Below, one piece after another: positions 10,580 through 20,110 of a DNA stretch of 64,000 nucleotides. Position 1 is the stretch's first letter. Every line of letters starts with the position of its first letter. The DNA lies in the NCBI GenBank assembly GCA_963820525.1, contig CAWGAA010000001.1, forward strand, positions 992,001 through 1,056,000. The letters are read 5' to 3'. Both the position numbers and the translations under genes were made by a program. The stretch is from an uncultured Spirochaetota bacterium. GTDB taxonomy: Bacteria > Spirochaetota > Spirochaetia > SZUA-6 > Fen-1364. The notes below the pieces were generated by a model that worked only from the letters and a program-made list of their open reading frames with translations, did not search any database and was not told the origin of the DNA.

Positions 10580-11107
10580 TCACCGCTGGTCTTCCATCAT
10601 GATCTCCCGCACCATGGAATCGATCTCGTCCTGCGCGACGTCGGATTTGCGCTCGAACGCGAGCTCCATGTCGGTATCTCTGAGCTTTTTCAGCAGAGTG
10701 TACACCACGATCATGAGGAACTTGACCCCGTCTGCCGGACGTTCCTTGATGAACTGCATGAGCTGGCTGCGGTGATTCCGCAATAAAACAGTGTCGGTAG
10801 CGGCTTCAACGTTCGCGGTTCTCTTCACGTTCATGAAGATCCCCGCTTCACCGAATATCGAGCCCTCCCCGATGGTGGACAGGAACACCGTCTTGGTACC
10901 GTCCCGCGCGGTGACGTTCACCGATCCCTCCAAAACGGCGTAGAGGTAGGGGCTCGCCTCTCCCTCGTGGATGATCGTTTCGCCTTCCGTGAACGAATGT
11001 ACCTCCGCCCTGCTGAAAAAATCTCCCAGTGCCTCGTCGTCGAAGTACTTGAACAGGGGGATCTTTTTCAACGTGGGCAGGTATTTTTCCTTATTGGGAA
11101 CGAGCAT
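10580..11107 (-). CDS. Stand-alone cyclic nucleotide-binding domain protein
   Basis: IPLF...GETIIHEG...LY.VLEGSV.V...GSIFGEAG...RTANV phosphate-binding cassette; no C-terminal HTH. Confidence 0.88.
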   Translation of the reverse strand: MLVPNKEKYLPTLKKIPLFKYFDDEALGDFFSRAEVHSFTEGETIIHEGEASPYLYAVLEGSVNVTARDGTKTVFLSTIGEGSIFGEAGIFMNVKRTANVEAATDTVLLRNHRSQLMQFIKERPADGVKFLMIVVYTLLKKLRDTDMELAFERKSDVAQDEIDSMVREIMMEDQR

Positions 11108-11240
11108 GGGCCCTCCTTTTCACATTACACAAATTACAATAAATTATACGGAGTTTTCCTTCGGGCGCAAGCGTGATACGAGCCGGCACCAAACGCGCCG
11201 GCTCCGCGTATACAGGTGTAAGGTTCAAAGTGAGGTATGT

Positions 11241-12038
11241 ATGACCGTGACTGACCTCAAACCCGAACAGCACGCCGCCTATTTTCAGTGTCTGGAGGAC
11301 TGGTCCGATGAGATAAAAGAGGCGGGAGAGCACAAGGAAAACTGGTTCAATTTCATGAAGGAGAGAGGACTGCGCGTAAAGATCGCGATCGACGATGCCG
11401 GCACTCCCGGCGGAATGATCCAATACGCGCCGATCGAGCACTCCTATTCAGCTCTAGCGCAAAGCAGTGGATTGTATTTTATCTACTGCGTCTTGGTGCA
11501 TGGACACACCAAGGGAAGGGGGAACTTCCAAAAGAAAGGCTTCGGGTCCGCATTGCTTCAGGCCGCGGAGCGCGATGTTATGGATCTGGGCGGAATGGGA
11601 TTGATCGCATGGGGAATGTCGATACCCGTCTTCATGAGGGCTTCCTGGTTCAAGAAGCACGGATATAAAAGAATAGATCGAATAGGGATCCAGGAGCTGC
11701 TGTGGAAACCCTTCTTTGGAAATGCATGTCCCCCGAAATGGGTGCGGCCGAAGAAAACTCCCGCCGCCGTCAAGGACAAGGTATCCGTCGTGTGCTTCAA
11801 GACCGGATGGTGTCCGGCGCAGAATATCGTCTACGAGCGCGCGAAAAGGGCCGTCTGCAAGTTTCCCTCGGATGTCGTTTTCAACGCAGTGGACACCCTC
11901 GACGAGCGCACCCGGCGGGAATGGGGCATATCGGACGCCCTGTACATAGACGGGAAGCAGATACGAACGGGACCCCCGCCCAGCTATGAGAAAATCACAT
12001 CGCTCATCAGGAAAAGGCTGAAACGTCTGAAAAGATGA
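11241..12038 (+). CDS. GNAT-family acetyltransferase with C-terminal thioredoxin-like segment
   Basis: QKKGFGSALL acetyl-CoA motif, WFKKHGY and WCP...IDGK; GAGG RBS before ATG 11241. Confidence 0.8.
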   Translation: MTVTDLKPEQHAAYFQCLEDWSDEIKEAGEHKENWFNFMKERGLRVKIAIDDAGTPGGMIQYAPIEHSYSALAQSSGLYFIYCVLVHGHTKGRGNFQKKGFGSALLQAAERDVMDLGGMGLIAWGMSIPVFMRASWFKKHGYKRIDRIGIQELLWKPFFGNACPPKWVRPKKTPAAVKDKVSVVCFKTGWCPAQNIVYERAKRAVCKFPSDVVFNAVDTLDERTRREWGISDALYIDGKQIRTGPPPSYEKITSLIRKRLKRLKR

Positions 12039-12113
12039 ATGCAGCGAAGCCGCACGACTTCCATGAGCCCCGTGGCCACCGTCAAACGGCGGGTTGTCGG
12101 GTTTCGGCTACGC

Positions 12114-15100
12114 TCACTCTCCCGGCCGCTCCGCCGACTCTTCGCGGGCCGGCCATCCGAGCGAGGAGAAAGAGGGTTTCAGCTCACGCCAGATGCGGTC
12201 GAACTCCTCGTCAATGAGCGACGCGTCCTCTGCCGTTCGCGCGCTCTGGCGGCACACCTCGTGGAGCCTCTGGAACGCCTGCCCAAGATTCCGAATGAAG
12301 GTCTCGACGGCCGCGCGCTCGATCGTCACATCGGTTGGAGCCGGGGTGGGCGCGGCCGCATCCGGCTGCCTGCTTCTTTTGAGGGGATCCCGATCGGCCG
12401 GGATACCGAGGACGATTTCCATCGGCTCCCATGCCTTGATGGGCTCCCGCATGCCCTTGACGTCTATCATTCCGAGATCGTTTGCGTGGATCCAGTCGCT
12501 CACCTTCGCGAAGATCTCCTGGGAGATGCAGGTCGATCCGCCCCGGGCGACGGTCTGAAGGCGGGAGGCGATGTTCACCGTGTTGCCGAGCGCGTCCCCG
12601 CCTTTTTCCACCACATCACCCCAGTGGATCCCGATTCTCACCACTACCCGCATCTTCTCGGGACGGAAGCGGTTGAACCGTCTCAGAGCTTTCTGCACGC
12701 GGATTGCGGCAAGCACTGCGAACAACGGCTCCGAAAAGAGGAAGAGATGGCCGTCCCCCATTCTCTTGACCAGCGCCCCTTCATGGGCGCCGACGATCGG
12801 AAGGAGAATCCCCTCGTACTCCTGAAGCAGGGTGGTGATTTCCAGCGGGGACAGCTCCTGTGACTTGCTCGAGTAGTCTTGGATATCGGAGAAAAGGACG
12901 GCGCACATGCGCACGTGCTCGCGTTCGAACCTGTAGGTGTCCTTCTCCGTGGAGAAGCGCACCTCCTGCTCGTCCACGGGTTCCACCTCAGCCGGCTCGG
13001 CGTCGATAGCGGGCATCCGCAGAACGCGGACCATGCTGACGAGCAGTTGCTGCGCGCGGGGGTCGCTCGTCATGGGAAGCACGTCCCTGAGGGTCTCCTG
13101 CAGCCATTTGTCATGCTCTCTCAGCAGGGACCAGACGACGGCGATGACGGCGGGGGAAAGCTCATCGCGGAGGTCGCGGACGAGCATGATCCGGTCCGTC
13201 GAGGCCAGCCGGGAGAGCACGTCGGAGAGCACGCGCACGGCATAGTCGTCCCCCAGGGTGATGAGGGTGGCGGGGACCCGCGCGATCACAGCGGGAGAGC
13301 CGCTGCGAAGAACCCGGTAGAGGAACTCCGTGAGTGCGGGCACCCTCACGGGAGAGCACCGGTGCGCGATGCGGTGGATGAAGGAGACGGTGAGGATCTT
13401 TTTCCACTCGTCGAAGCGATCATAGACGTCGATGACGGCGCAGGCGATGTCGACGTCGGCCTTGGCGCCGAGCAGGTCCGCGAGCCGGGAGGCAGCTTCC
13501 CTGTCCGACTCAACGGAGAACAGCTGGAGGATGACGCGCTGCAGGTTTTCCCGCAGCGCCCTGGCGGAGGAGAGGGCATCGAGCAGCGCGATGCGGATGT
13601 AGCGGTCGTTCTCGTGCAGAAGGTTTATGAGAGTGGGTTCCATCGCCGCGAGGTCGAGATCCTTAATCAGCTCGATGGCGGCGATTGCGAGCATCTTGTT
13701 CGTCACGGGAGGCCTCATGCAGTCCTGGCAGGCCACGAGCGCGGATGCGGGGTCAGCCCGGTTGAGCGCAAACAGGGCACGCTCCGCCAGCCGATGCAGC
13801 TTCATCTTCCGCGCCCAGTCCAAAAGGGGGCCGAGCAGCTCCTTCATGTCCGCAAAGTCCGCGAGCCGCAAAATCGAGAGGGCCCGCTTGAGGCGGCAGA
13901 GGATCCGCCTCTTCTCGGTCTTCGCGACGGCAAGGTGGCGGATGAAGAGGGCGATGCCTGATCTGGTGGGATCCGCCAAGAGCTCGTGCAGGATCCCATA
14001 CCCTTCGAAGTGGCATGCTTCCAGCTTTACGGCGGATCGTTTCAGGAGCTGCACCGAACGCTGTCTCTCCACAGAGCTGCCGCCGCTCTTTATGGACCGG
14101 AGAAAGGTCCTCTTCGCTTCTTCGTCGAAGTAGAACTCCATGTACTCCTTGGCCTTCGCGATCTGCATACCCATTTCATGGGACGTGTCGATGTCCCTCT
14201 CGCAGGCTTTTTGTAGGTCGTCAAAAAGCCCGGCGATCCTCGCGGGCAGATCGGCAAGGCTCGGCAGCGCGGGCGCGGATTTCGCGGCGCGCGCGATCGA
14301 CTCCATTCCATCGATGGCCTGCAGCGCCTCCTCTTCGAGTGAGGGGTCCGCCTCCACCGCTTCCGCGAGCAGGGCGCACAGCGCATCGAAAGAGGTGAGC
14401 TGCGAGGGCAAGGACCCGAGTTGCCTGTAGCATTCCCGCCGGATCCCCGGGTCCTCGTCCGCGAGGGACTGGAGGAAGATGTCGCGTGCCGCTTCCGTTG
14501 CCAGTGGTGCGGCGAGCCCTATGAGCTTGACGCGCAGAGGCACGGGCAGCCGCACATGCGTCTCCCGGCAGGAGGCGAGCACCGCCTGGGAGAGACGCTC
14601 GTCTTTCTTGGCGATTTGCAGCAGGGGAGCAAGACCGCCGTGTTCCTGTACGGCCAACGAAAGCGCGTTTTCCGCCCCGTCCCGCGACTCCAGTTGGATG
14701 AGTACTTCCAGGGAAGCGGCGCGTGTTTCCGGCTGTACCGTGGGAGAATGCGCGAGTGAGGAGGCAATCTGGCGCGCATCGGGGGAATCGGGGAATGTGG
14801 AGGCGAGGGTGCGGAGAACCTCGAGCTGCACGGTTTCTTCCCTCCGGGCGGCCGCGAGCTTGAGCAGGAAAGGGAGAGTCTTGGGCGCTCGGATCTTGCC
14901 CGAGGTACGAACGGCCGCGCAGACGATCTCAGGGTCCGGATGGCTGAAGAGCCGCGCAATGTGAGTGAAGCTGCGGATATCCGCAAGGGTCCCGAGCGCC
15001 CGAAGCGCGGAAACGGCCACTTGCGGGCGGGAGTCGAAGATGTCGGCATGGAGGATGTCGAAGGTCCTGTCATCCCGGCCGAACTCACCCAGAATCAGGT

Positions 15101-15185
15101 GCGTGGTCAGGATAGCCTCCACGTTCAGCTCTCCGGAGGGAGGACGGGCTTTCGAGTGCAGTGCCGTGTCCGTGCCGCTCACCAC
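12114..15185 (-). CDS. HEAT-repeat protein with C-terminal class III adenylate/guanylate cyclase domain (paralog 1)
   Basis: Helical HEAT-like repeats, then FSDIQDYS, VKRMGDG, RIGIHWG and GDALGNTVNIASRL. Confidence 0.88.
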   Translation of the reverse strand: MVSGTDTALHSKARPPSGELNVEAILTTHLILGEFGRDDRTFDILHADIFDSRPQVAVSALRALGTLADIRSFTHIARLFSHPDPEIVCAAVRTSGKIRAPKTLPFLLKLAAARREETVQLEVLRTLASTFPDSPDARQIASSLAHSPTVQPETRAASLEVLIQLESRDGAENALSLAVQEHGGLAPLLQIAKKDERLSQAVLASCRETHVRLPVPLRVKLIGLAAPLATEAARDIFLQSLADEDPGIRRECYRQLGSLPSQLTSFDALCALLAEAVEADPSLEEEALQAIDGMESIARAAKSAPALPSLADLPARIAGLFDDLQKACERDIDTSHEMGMQIAKAKEYMEFYFDEEAKRTFLRSIKSGGSSVERQRSVQLLKRSAVKLEACHFEGYGILHELLADPTRSGIALFIRHLAVAKTEKRRILCRLKRALSILRLADFADMKELLGPLLDWARKMKLHRLAERALFALNRADPASALVACQDCMRPPVTNKMLAIAAIELIKDLDLAAMEPTLINLLHENDRYIRIALLDALSSARALRENLQRVILQLFSVESDREAASRLADLLGAKADVDIACAVIDVYDRFDEWKKILTVSFIHRIAHRCSPVRVPALTEFLYRVLRSGSPAVIARVPATLITLGDDYAVRVLSDVLSRLASTDRIMLVRDLRDELSPAVIAVVWSLLREHDKWLQETLRDVLPMTSDPRAQQLLVSMVRVLRMPAIDAEPAEVEPVDEQEVRFSTEKDTYRFEREHVRMCAVLFSDIQDYSSKSQELSPLEITTLLQEYEGILLPIVGAHEGALVKRMGDGHLFLFSEPLFAVLAAIRVQKALRRFNRFRPEKMRVVVRIGIHWGDVVEKGGDALGNTVNIASRLQTVARGGSTCISQEIFAKVSDWIHANDLGMIDVKGMREPIKAWEPMEIVLGIPADRDPLKRSRQPDAAAPTPAPTDVTIERAAVETFIRNLGQAFQRLHEVCRQSARTAEDASLIDEEFDRIWRELKPSFSSLGWPAREESAERPGE

Positions 15186-15381
15186 GTGCTCCTGCCTGCG
15201 GTGAAAGATTTCCCCTTCCGTGCGTTACGGGCTTCTCGCATCGCATATGGAGGCATAGCTTCGGGTCCTTTCCTGAAGCTTAGCGAGAAACGATAGAACG
15301 ATCAATCAGCGTATGGAGAAGCGTTCAGGCTCATACGGCCCGAAGATTGGATCCTTCAGGGGAAAATTATCGTGCGGCTTG

Positions 15382-16854
15382 TCATTTTGGCTGCCTGGAT
15401 TGCCCCACAAGTTCGGGGAAATCGTAGCTGCGTTCAACAAAGTAGCGGAGGTCGAAATCCTCATGGGTAACGACGATCAGGATGGTGGCGTTTTCCGCCA
15501 TATAGTCCGAAATGGCCTGCATCACCTTGGTCCGTGTCTCGAAGTCGATATGGGCGAAGGGCTCGTCCAGAAGCAGGACCTCAGGCTTTGCGGCCAGGGC
15601 CCGGGCTATGTCCATGCGCTTCATTTCACCGGAGGAAAGCGAACGCGGGTGAGAATCGAGATGGACGCCTGCAAGTCCCACTTTCGCCAGGTAATTCAGC
15701 AGCTCCTCACAGTTGAAACTGCCCGGCCCGCCCTGGGCTTCGGCGATATGCCTGATGGAGTCCCGGATACGCTGGTCCGGAAAGAAGGCGAAGCGCGAAT
15801 CCTGCTGGACCACGGCCATCTTCCGCCTGAAGGGGAGGAATGCGCTCGGGTCGTTTCCGCGTTCGCGCGGCTTGATCGCCACCAGGTCCTCCCCGTCTAA
15901 AAAGATATTCCCCTTCGTCCCGTCGAGGAGGCGCAGGATGGCCTTGATCATGCTCGACTTGCCGCAGCCGGAGGGACCGGTGATCCCGTAGATCGTGGAG
16001 CGGTCGAACGTGATGGAGAGCTCGGTGAACGCCTTGAAAGTACGCTCTCCGAAAATGCCCCGCTTGAAGTAGCTCTGGGACAGATTATCGATCGAAAGAC
16101 CCGCGGCTTGCGATTTCTTGGCCTCGGGCTTCTCGAAGCCGTTTGCATGAGGAATCTCCTTGAGGCGCACGAGGCGGGCGTTTTCCAGGGCATAGGCGTG
16201 ATTCAATTTCAGGGCCCGGATGAAATCCAGATCGTGGCTGGCCATCAGCACCGTCTTGTCCTTGGCTGAAAGGATTTCCGTGTTGAGGAAGTCGATGAAT
16301 CGCTTGCGAAGATTGCGGTCCAGGTTCACGGTCGGTTCGTCCAGCACTACGAGATCGCCCTGCCGGGAAAGAAGGATCATCAGGGTGATGCGCTGGAGCT
16401 CGCCGCCGGAGACCTCATCCGGATACAGGCGGGCGAAGGATCCGAAATCGAGCCCGAAATGCGCTTTGAGCCTGCGCTCGATGGTAGCGCGCGATTCGGG
16501 CGCAAGGAGCTTCAGGTTTTGTTCGAGGGTGAGGGCCGGGTTCATGGCCTGGGCGCTTTCGGCCGGAACGAATACCAGACCGCGCACCATGATTTCCGAC
16601 CAGAGCTTCTGACCGGTCTTGCGACCATTCACATAGGCATCGATTCCGTTCACCTGCATGGAACCGCCAAGCCTGAAGGTTCGGGTCGGAAGAAGTCCGG
16701 CAATAGTCTTCAGGAACACGGATTTTCCGACGCCGGTTGGCCCGATGATGACCGAGGAGCTGCCTTGCGCGGGAGCGAAATCGCCGTCCTTTACCAGAGG
16801 GCGGTCGTCGAGGGTTATGGAAAAGCCGTTGAGCGAGATGGGGGGCGCTTTCAT
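15382..16854 (-). CDS. ABC transporter ATP-binding protein with two NBDs (Opp/Dpp-like)
   Basis: Walker A GPTGVGKS and GPSGCGKS; signatures VSGGE and LSSGE; Walker B VVLDEP and LLLDEP. Confidence 0.9.
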   Translation of the reverse strand: MKAPPISLNGFSITLDDRPLVKDGDFAPAQGSSSVIIGPTGVGKSVFLKTIAGLLPTRTFRLGGSMQVNGIDAYVNGRKTGQKLWSEIMVRGLVFVPAESAQAMNPALTLEQNLKLLAPESRATIERRLKAHFGLDFGSFARLYPDEVSGGELQRITLMILLSRQGDLVVLDEPTVNLDRNLRKRFIDFLNTEILSAKDKTVLMASHDLDFIRALKLNHAYALENARLVRLKEIPHANGFEKPEAKKSQAAGLSIDNLSQSYFKRGIFGERTFKAFTELSITFDRSTIYGITGPSGCGKSSMIKAILRLLDGTKGNIFLDGEDLVAIKPRERGNDPSAFLPFRRKMAVVQQDSRFAFFPDQRIRDSIRHIAEAQGGPGSFNCEELLNYLAKVGLAGVHLDSHPRSLSSGEMKRMDIARALAAKPEVLLLDEPFAHIDFETRTKVMQAISDYMAENATILIVVTHEDFDLRYFVERSYDFPELVGQSRQPK

Positions 16855-17642
16855 GCGGTGATTTCCTTCTGATCGCCCAGCGTGAGGAGAAAGGAGATGC
16901 TGATCACCACCAGGAGCAGGGATGGCAGCCAGAAAAGGATGGGCGTTCCTCCATCGAACAGGGCATCCCGATTGGCTGCGATCAGGGCGCCGGGACTGGC
17001 GTGCGCCGGGGTGCCGTAGCTCCCGAAGCCGAGCTGGATGATGAAGCCGAAGGAGCAGTCGAGCACGAGGGTCTTCAACAATATGCCCGCCGACACGCGT
17101 TTCAGGGTGTTGCGCATGGCGTGCGAACCCATCAGGACGGCCAGAATCCGCCGTTTGGTGAAGCCGTAGGAGCGGAACGACAGGCTGTATTTCCGGTGGT
17201 ACAGATCTGCGAGAGGGATCGCAATACCGCGTACCGCTTCCGGCAGGGCCGTCAGGGTTGCGGCCAGGATAAATACGATCAACGACATCATCTGCGAGGC
17301 CCCGACCGTATGGCTGGCAAGGTAGCCCGAAACAGGGGCGTAGCAGAAGAGGGCCACGAGGATGGCCGGAACAGATTCGACCGCGTTCAGGATGCTCGCG
17401 CCCGTCCTGCCGAAGCGCTGGGCCAGGACGCTCGCGTAGCCCAGGACCACGGTGAGAAGGGTCGCCAGGCCAAGGGTCGCGGCGAGGGTGATCGACAATT
17501 GCCTGAAGGAGGATTGGAGGGCCGCCTCAAAGGCCGGAGCCAGGTAGCCCGGCAGCCATTCAGCCGGCAGCCAAGCCAGGGCGAGCGGCGATGCCAGGAC
17601 GAGCAGGCAGATCGCCCTGGCAATTTTATAGAGCTTTCTCAT
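16851..17642 (-). CDS. ABC permease, divergent OppC-like
   Basis: About 6 TM segments; degenerate EAA loop (YSLSFRSYGFTKRRIL); ATG at 17642 after GAGGTGG. Confidence 0.75.
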   Translation of the reverse strand: MRKLYKIARAICLLVLASPLALAWLPAEWLPGYLAPAFEAALQSSFRQLSITLAATLGLATLLTVVLGYASVLAQRFGRTGASILNAVESVPAILVALFCYAPVSGYLASHTVGASQMMSLIVFILAATLTALPEAVRGIAIPLADLYHRKYSLSFRSYGFTKRRILAVLMGSHAMRNTLKRVSAGILLKTLVLDCSFGFIIQLGFGSYGTPAHASPGALIAANRDALFDGGTPILFWLPSLLLVVISISFLLTLGDQKEITA

Positions 17643-18510
17643 ACCACCTCGGATAGATGAGGAACAGGAAAGATTTGACCATGAAGGCGACAATCGCGTT
17701 CACGCATAGCAGGATGAATACCGAAGCCACGAGGAGATCCGTGTTTGCAGCCAGCAGGGCTTCCAGCAGCGTGCTCCCGAGGCCGGGGAAGGAGAAGACG
17801 ATTTCCGCGATCGTCACCGCGCCTATGATGGCGGAGACTTTGCCCGCGAGGTAAGGGATGAAGCGCGGCAGGCTCGAGGAGAACAGATAGCCGGAAAAGG
17901 TGCCGGGCAGCGGCAAAAAGTAGCCCAGGGGTCTGCCCAGGGTGGTGAAGACGGTGGCATGGGTGGCTTCAACCTGGCGCAGCATGTCTGACATGAGGAA
18001 GCGGGTGGCGTCCCAGGCCAGTCCTCCGAGGGCGATCGTGGCTGCGGCGATCATGAGGAACGGCGCCCGGCTTCCGAAGCCGGTGGCAAGCGTCCAGAAG
18101 CCGACGAAAATGGGAACCGCCGCCAGCACGGACGCAAGGAAGTCGGCGAAATGTCTGAAGATTTCGGTGCCGTGCTGGCCGTGCTTGCTGGCGAGATAGC
18201 GGGCCGTGGTGGCGAAGGCGGAGCCGAAGAGGGCCGCCAGGGTCAGCAGGATGAGGGAAGCCAGGGCCAGCGGGAGGGTGACGGCCGCCCCGCTTGAGAT
18301 GATCTGCCCGGCGCTGAAGCCGGGATGTTCGATCGAGAAATCCTTGGAACCCGAGATCAGGAGGAGGAAGGATCTTCCGGTTTTGGCAAAGCTCTCCACC
18401 GGCGCGCCGATGGAGAGCAGGTAGAGACAGGCGAGGATCGCGGTTCCCGCCACGGTAAAAACGATGCCGTGGATCAGGAGCTCGCGCATCAAAAATCGCA
18501 GGAATCGCAT
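17626..18510 (-). CDS. ABC permease, divergent OppB-like
   Basis: TLPLA and the C-terminal GAVTIAEIVFSFPGLG motif of OppB/DppB. Confidence 0.82.
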   Translation of the reverse strand: MRFLRFLMRELLIHGIVFTVAGTAILACLYLLSIGAPVESFAKTGRSFLLLISGSKDFSIEHPGFSAGQIISSGAAVTLPLALASLILLTLAALFGSAFATTARYLASKHGQHGTEIFRHFADFLASVLAAVPIFVGFWTLATGFGSRAPFLMIAAATIALGGLAWDATRFLMSDMLRQVEATHATVFTTLGRPLGYFLPLPGTFSGYLFSSSLPRFIPYLAGKVSAIIGAVTIAEIVFSFPGLGSTLLEALLAANTDLLVASVFILLCVNAIVAFMVKSFLFLIYPRWYEKAL

Positions 18511-18514
18511 CAGC

Positions 18515-20110
18515 TCAACCCCCTATCGACCAGTCTTCGATCGATAGGAACGGATTGTCCGTCGCGATGGCCACGTCCTTGAGTCCGCGGGAATATACGT
18601 CCTTCTGAAGTTTGAAGAGGAAAATGGCCGGAGCAAGCTCGGAAATCCTCTCGTTGATCTTGAGGGTGAGCTCCACCCAGTCGGCGGTGACCACCGCCTT
18701 GTCCCACTGATCGAACAGCTTGTCCAGTTTGCTGTCCCTGATGCCGGAGACATTGTAAGCCCCGTTCGAGCGGTACCATTGACCCAGGCTCGAATAGAGG
18801 TTGTCGAAACCGTCGCAGTAGACAAGGGCCAGCTCATAGGACTTTTCGGTGAACACCATGCGCTTGTAGACCTGGTCTCCGGTGCGCTTGGCCTCGACCG
18901 TGAGCCCGATCCGGGCGAGCTGGGCGACAATGCTCTGCGCCATCCGGGTTCCGAATTCGCCGAGGGAATCCGGGTAGAGGAGTATGGCGGCCTGTCCTTT
19001 GATGCCGTCGGTTTCCGCGAGTTTCTCCGCTTCCGAGAGATCCTGAGGCAGCAGGTTCGGAAGGGGTTTGTTGACGTATTCCGGAATATTGCTGGAGAAG
19101 ATATCCGAGGGGAACGGGCCGTAGTTCAGCACCACTCCTTGCTTCCGATCGGTGATCTGGGGCACGAGGCTGGCGCGGTCGAGGGCCATGGACATGACCT
19201 TGCGGACCTCGGCGTTGGGGAAGAGCCTGGTGTTGATGGCAACCTGATAGAAGGCGTATGGCTGGAACGATTCGATATTGATCCTCGACATCTTCTCCAC
19301 CTGGGGGCGGTCCGTGGGCGAGGTCTCAAGAACCAGGTTGACCTGGTTCTTGGCGAGCTCGTTCATCCGGATGATGGGATCGATTACCCTCTTGATGACG
19401 AGGGAGGAGGCCTCTGGGCGTTTCTTGAAATAGGCGCCATTCGCGTCGAAACTGACCCATTTTCCGATTTCCCATCCGGTGAGCTTGAAGGGGCCCGTTC
19501 CGACCGGTTCGACGGCGAAGTTCCGTTCGTTCTCGCCCGAGCGCATGTTGACTTCCATCTTCTGGCCGCGGTAGTTGGCGGGAATGATCTTGAAGGTCAG
19601 CACAGGGTAGGCGCGGAAGGGAGGGATGGGTTTGGTGAACTCGATCTCCACGTTCCGCTCGTCTATTGCCTTTACGCTCTTGATGAAGGACATGAGATCG
19701 TCGCGTTTGGGAGAATCGTTTTTAGGGTCGGTATAGGCGGCGAAGGAGTAGACGACGTCCTCAGAGGTGAGCTCCGTCCCATCGTGCCAGTAGACCTGCC
19801 TGAGGAGGGCTGTATACGTCTTCTTGGTGGCGGGATCCTGATCGATGCTCTCCGCCAGGGCGAGCTCGGGGTAGAGCTTGCCGCTCTGCTGATCTACCTC
19901 GAAGTTGACCAGGCCGTCGAAGACGAGCTCATCGGCATTGAGGCCGGAGACGTTCTGTTCGAGCACCGGATTGAGGGAGTCGGGCAGGTTTGAAACGGCA
20001 ACGACGATACCCTTGGGCTCGGGTTTCCAAAGGAGAAAAACTCCAACCGCGGCCGCTATGGCGACGGCTGCGATGCCAATAATGACGATAGCCCGTTTGT
20101 TGCTTCTCAT
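18515..20110 (-). CDS. Family 5 (peptide/nickel) ABC substrate-binding protein
   Basis: SLNP...VFDGLV, WHDGTELTSEDVVYSF and PVGTGPFKL; N-terminal membrane anchor. Confidence 0.9.
   Translation of the reverse strand: MRSNKRAIVIIGIAAVAIAAAVGVFLLWKPEPKGIVVAVSNLPDSLNPVLEQNVSGLNADELVFDGLVNFEVDQQSGKLYPELALAESIDQDPATKKTYTALLRQVYWHDGTELTSEDVVYSFAAYTDPKNDSPKRDDLMSFIKSVKAIDERNVEIEFTKPIPPFRAYPVLTFKIIPANYRGQKMEVNMRSGENERNFAVEPVGTGPFKLTGWEIGKWVSFDANGAYFKKRPEASSLVIKRVIDPIIRMNELAKNQVNLVLETSPTDRPQVEKMSRINIESFQPYAFYQVAINTRLFPNAEVRKVMSMALDRASLVPQITDRKQGVVLNYGPFPSDIFSSNIPEYVNKPLPNLLPQDLSEAEKLAETDGIKGQAAILLYPDSLGEFGTRMAQSIVAQLARIGLTVEAKRTGDQVYKRMVFTEKSYELALVYCDGFDNLYSSLGQWYRSNGAYNVSGIRDSKLDKLFDQWDKAVVTADWVELTLKINERISELAPAIFLFKLQKDVYSRGLKDVAIATDNPFLSIEDWSIGG

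Noticed and set aside
10580..15185. Pycsar/CBASS-type defence system
   Set aside because: The cyclase keeps purine (ATP)-type specificity residues, the cNMP protein has no TIR or TM effector, and the genes are not an adjacent operon.
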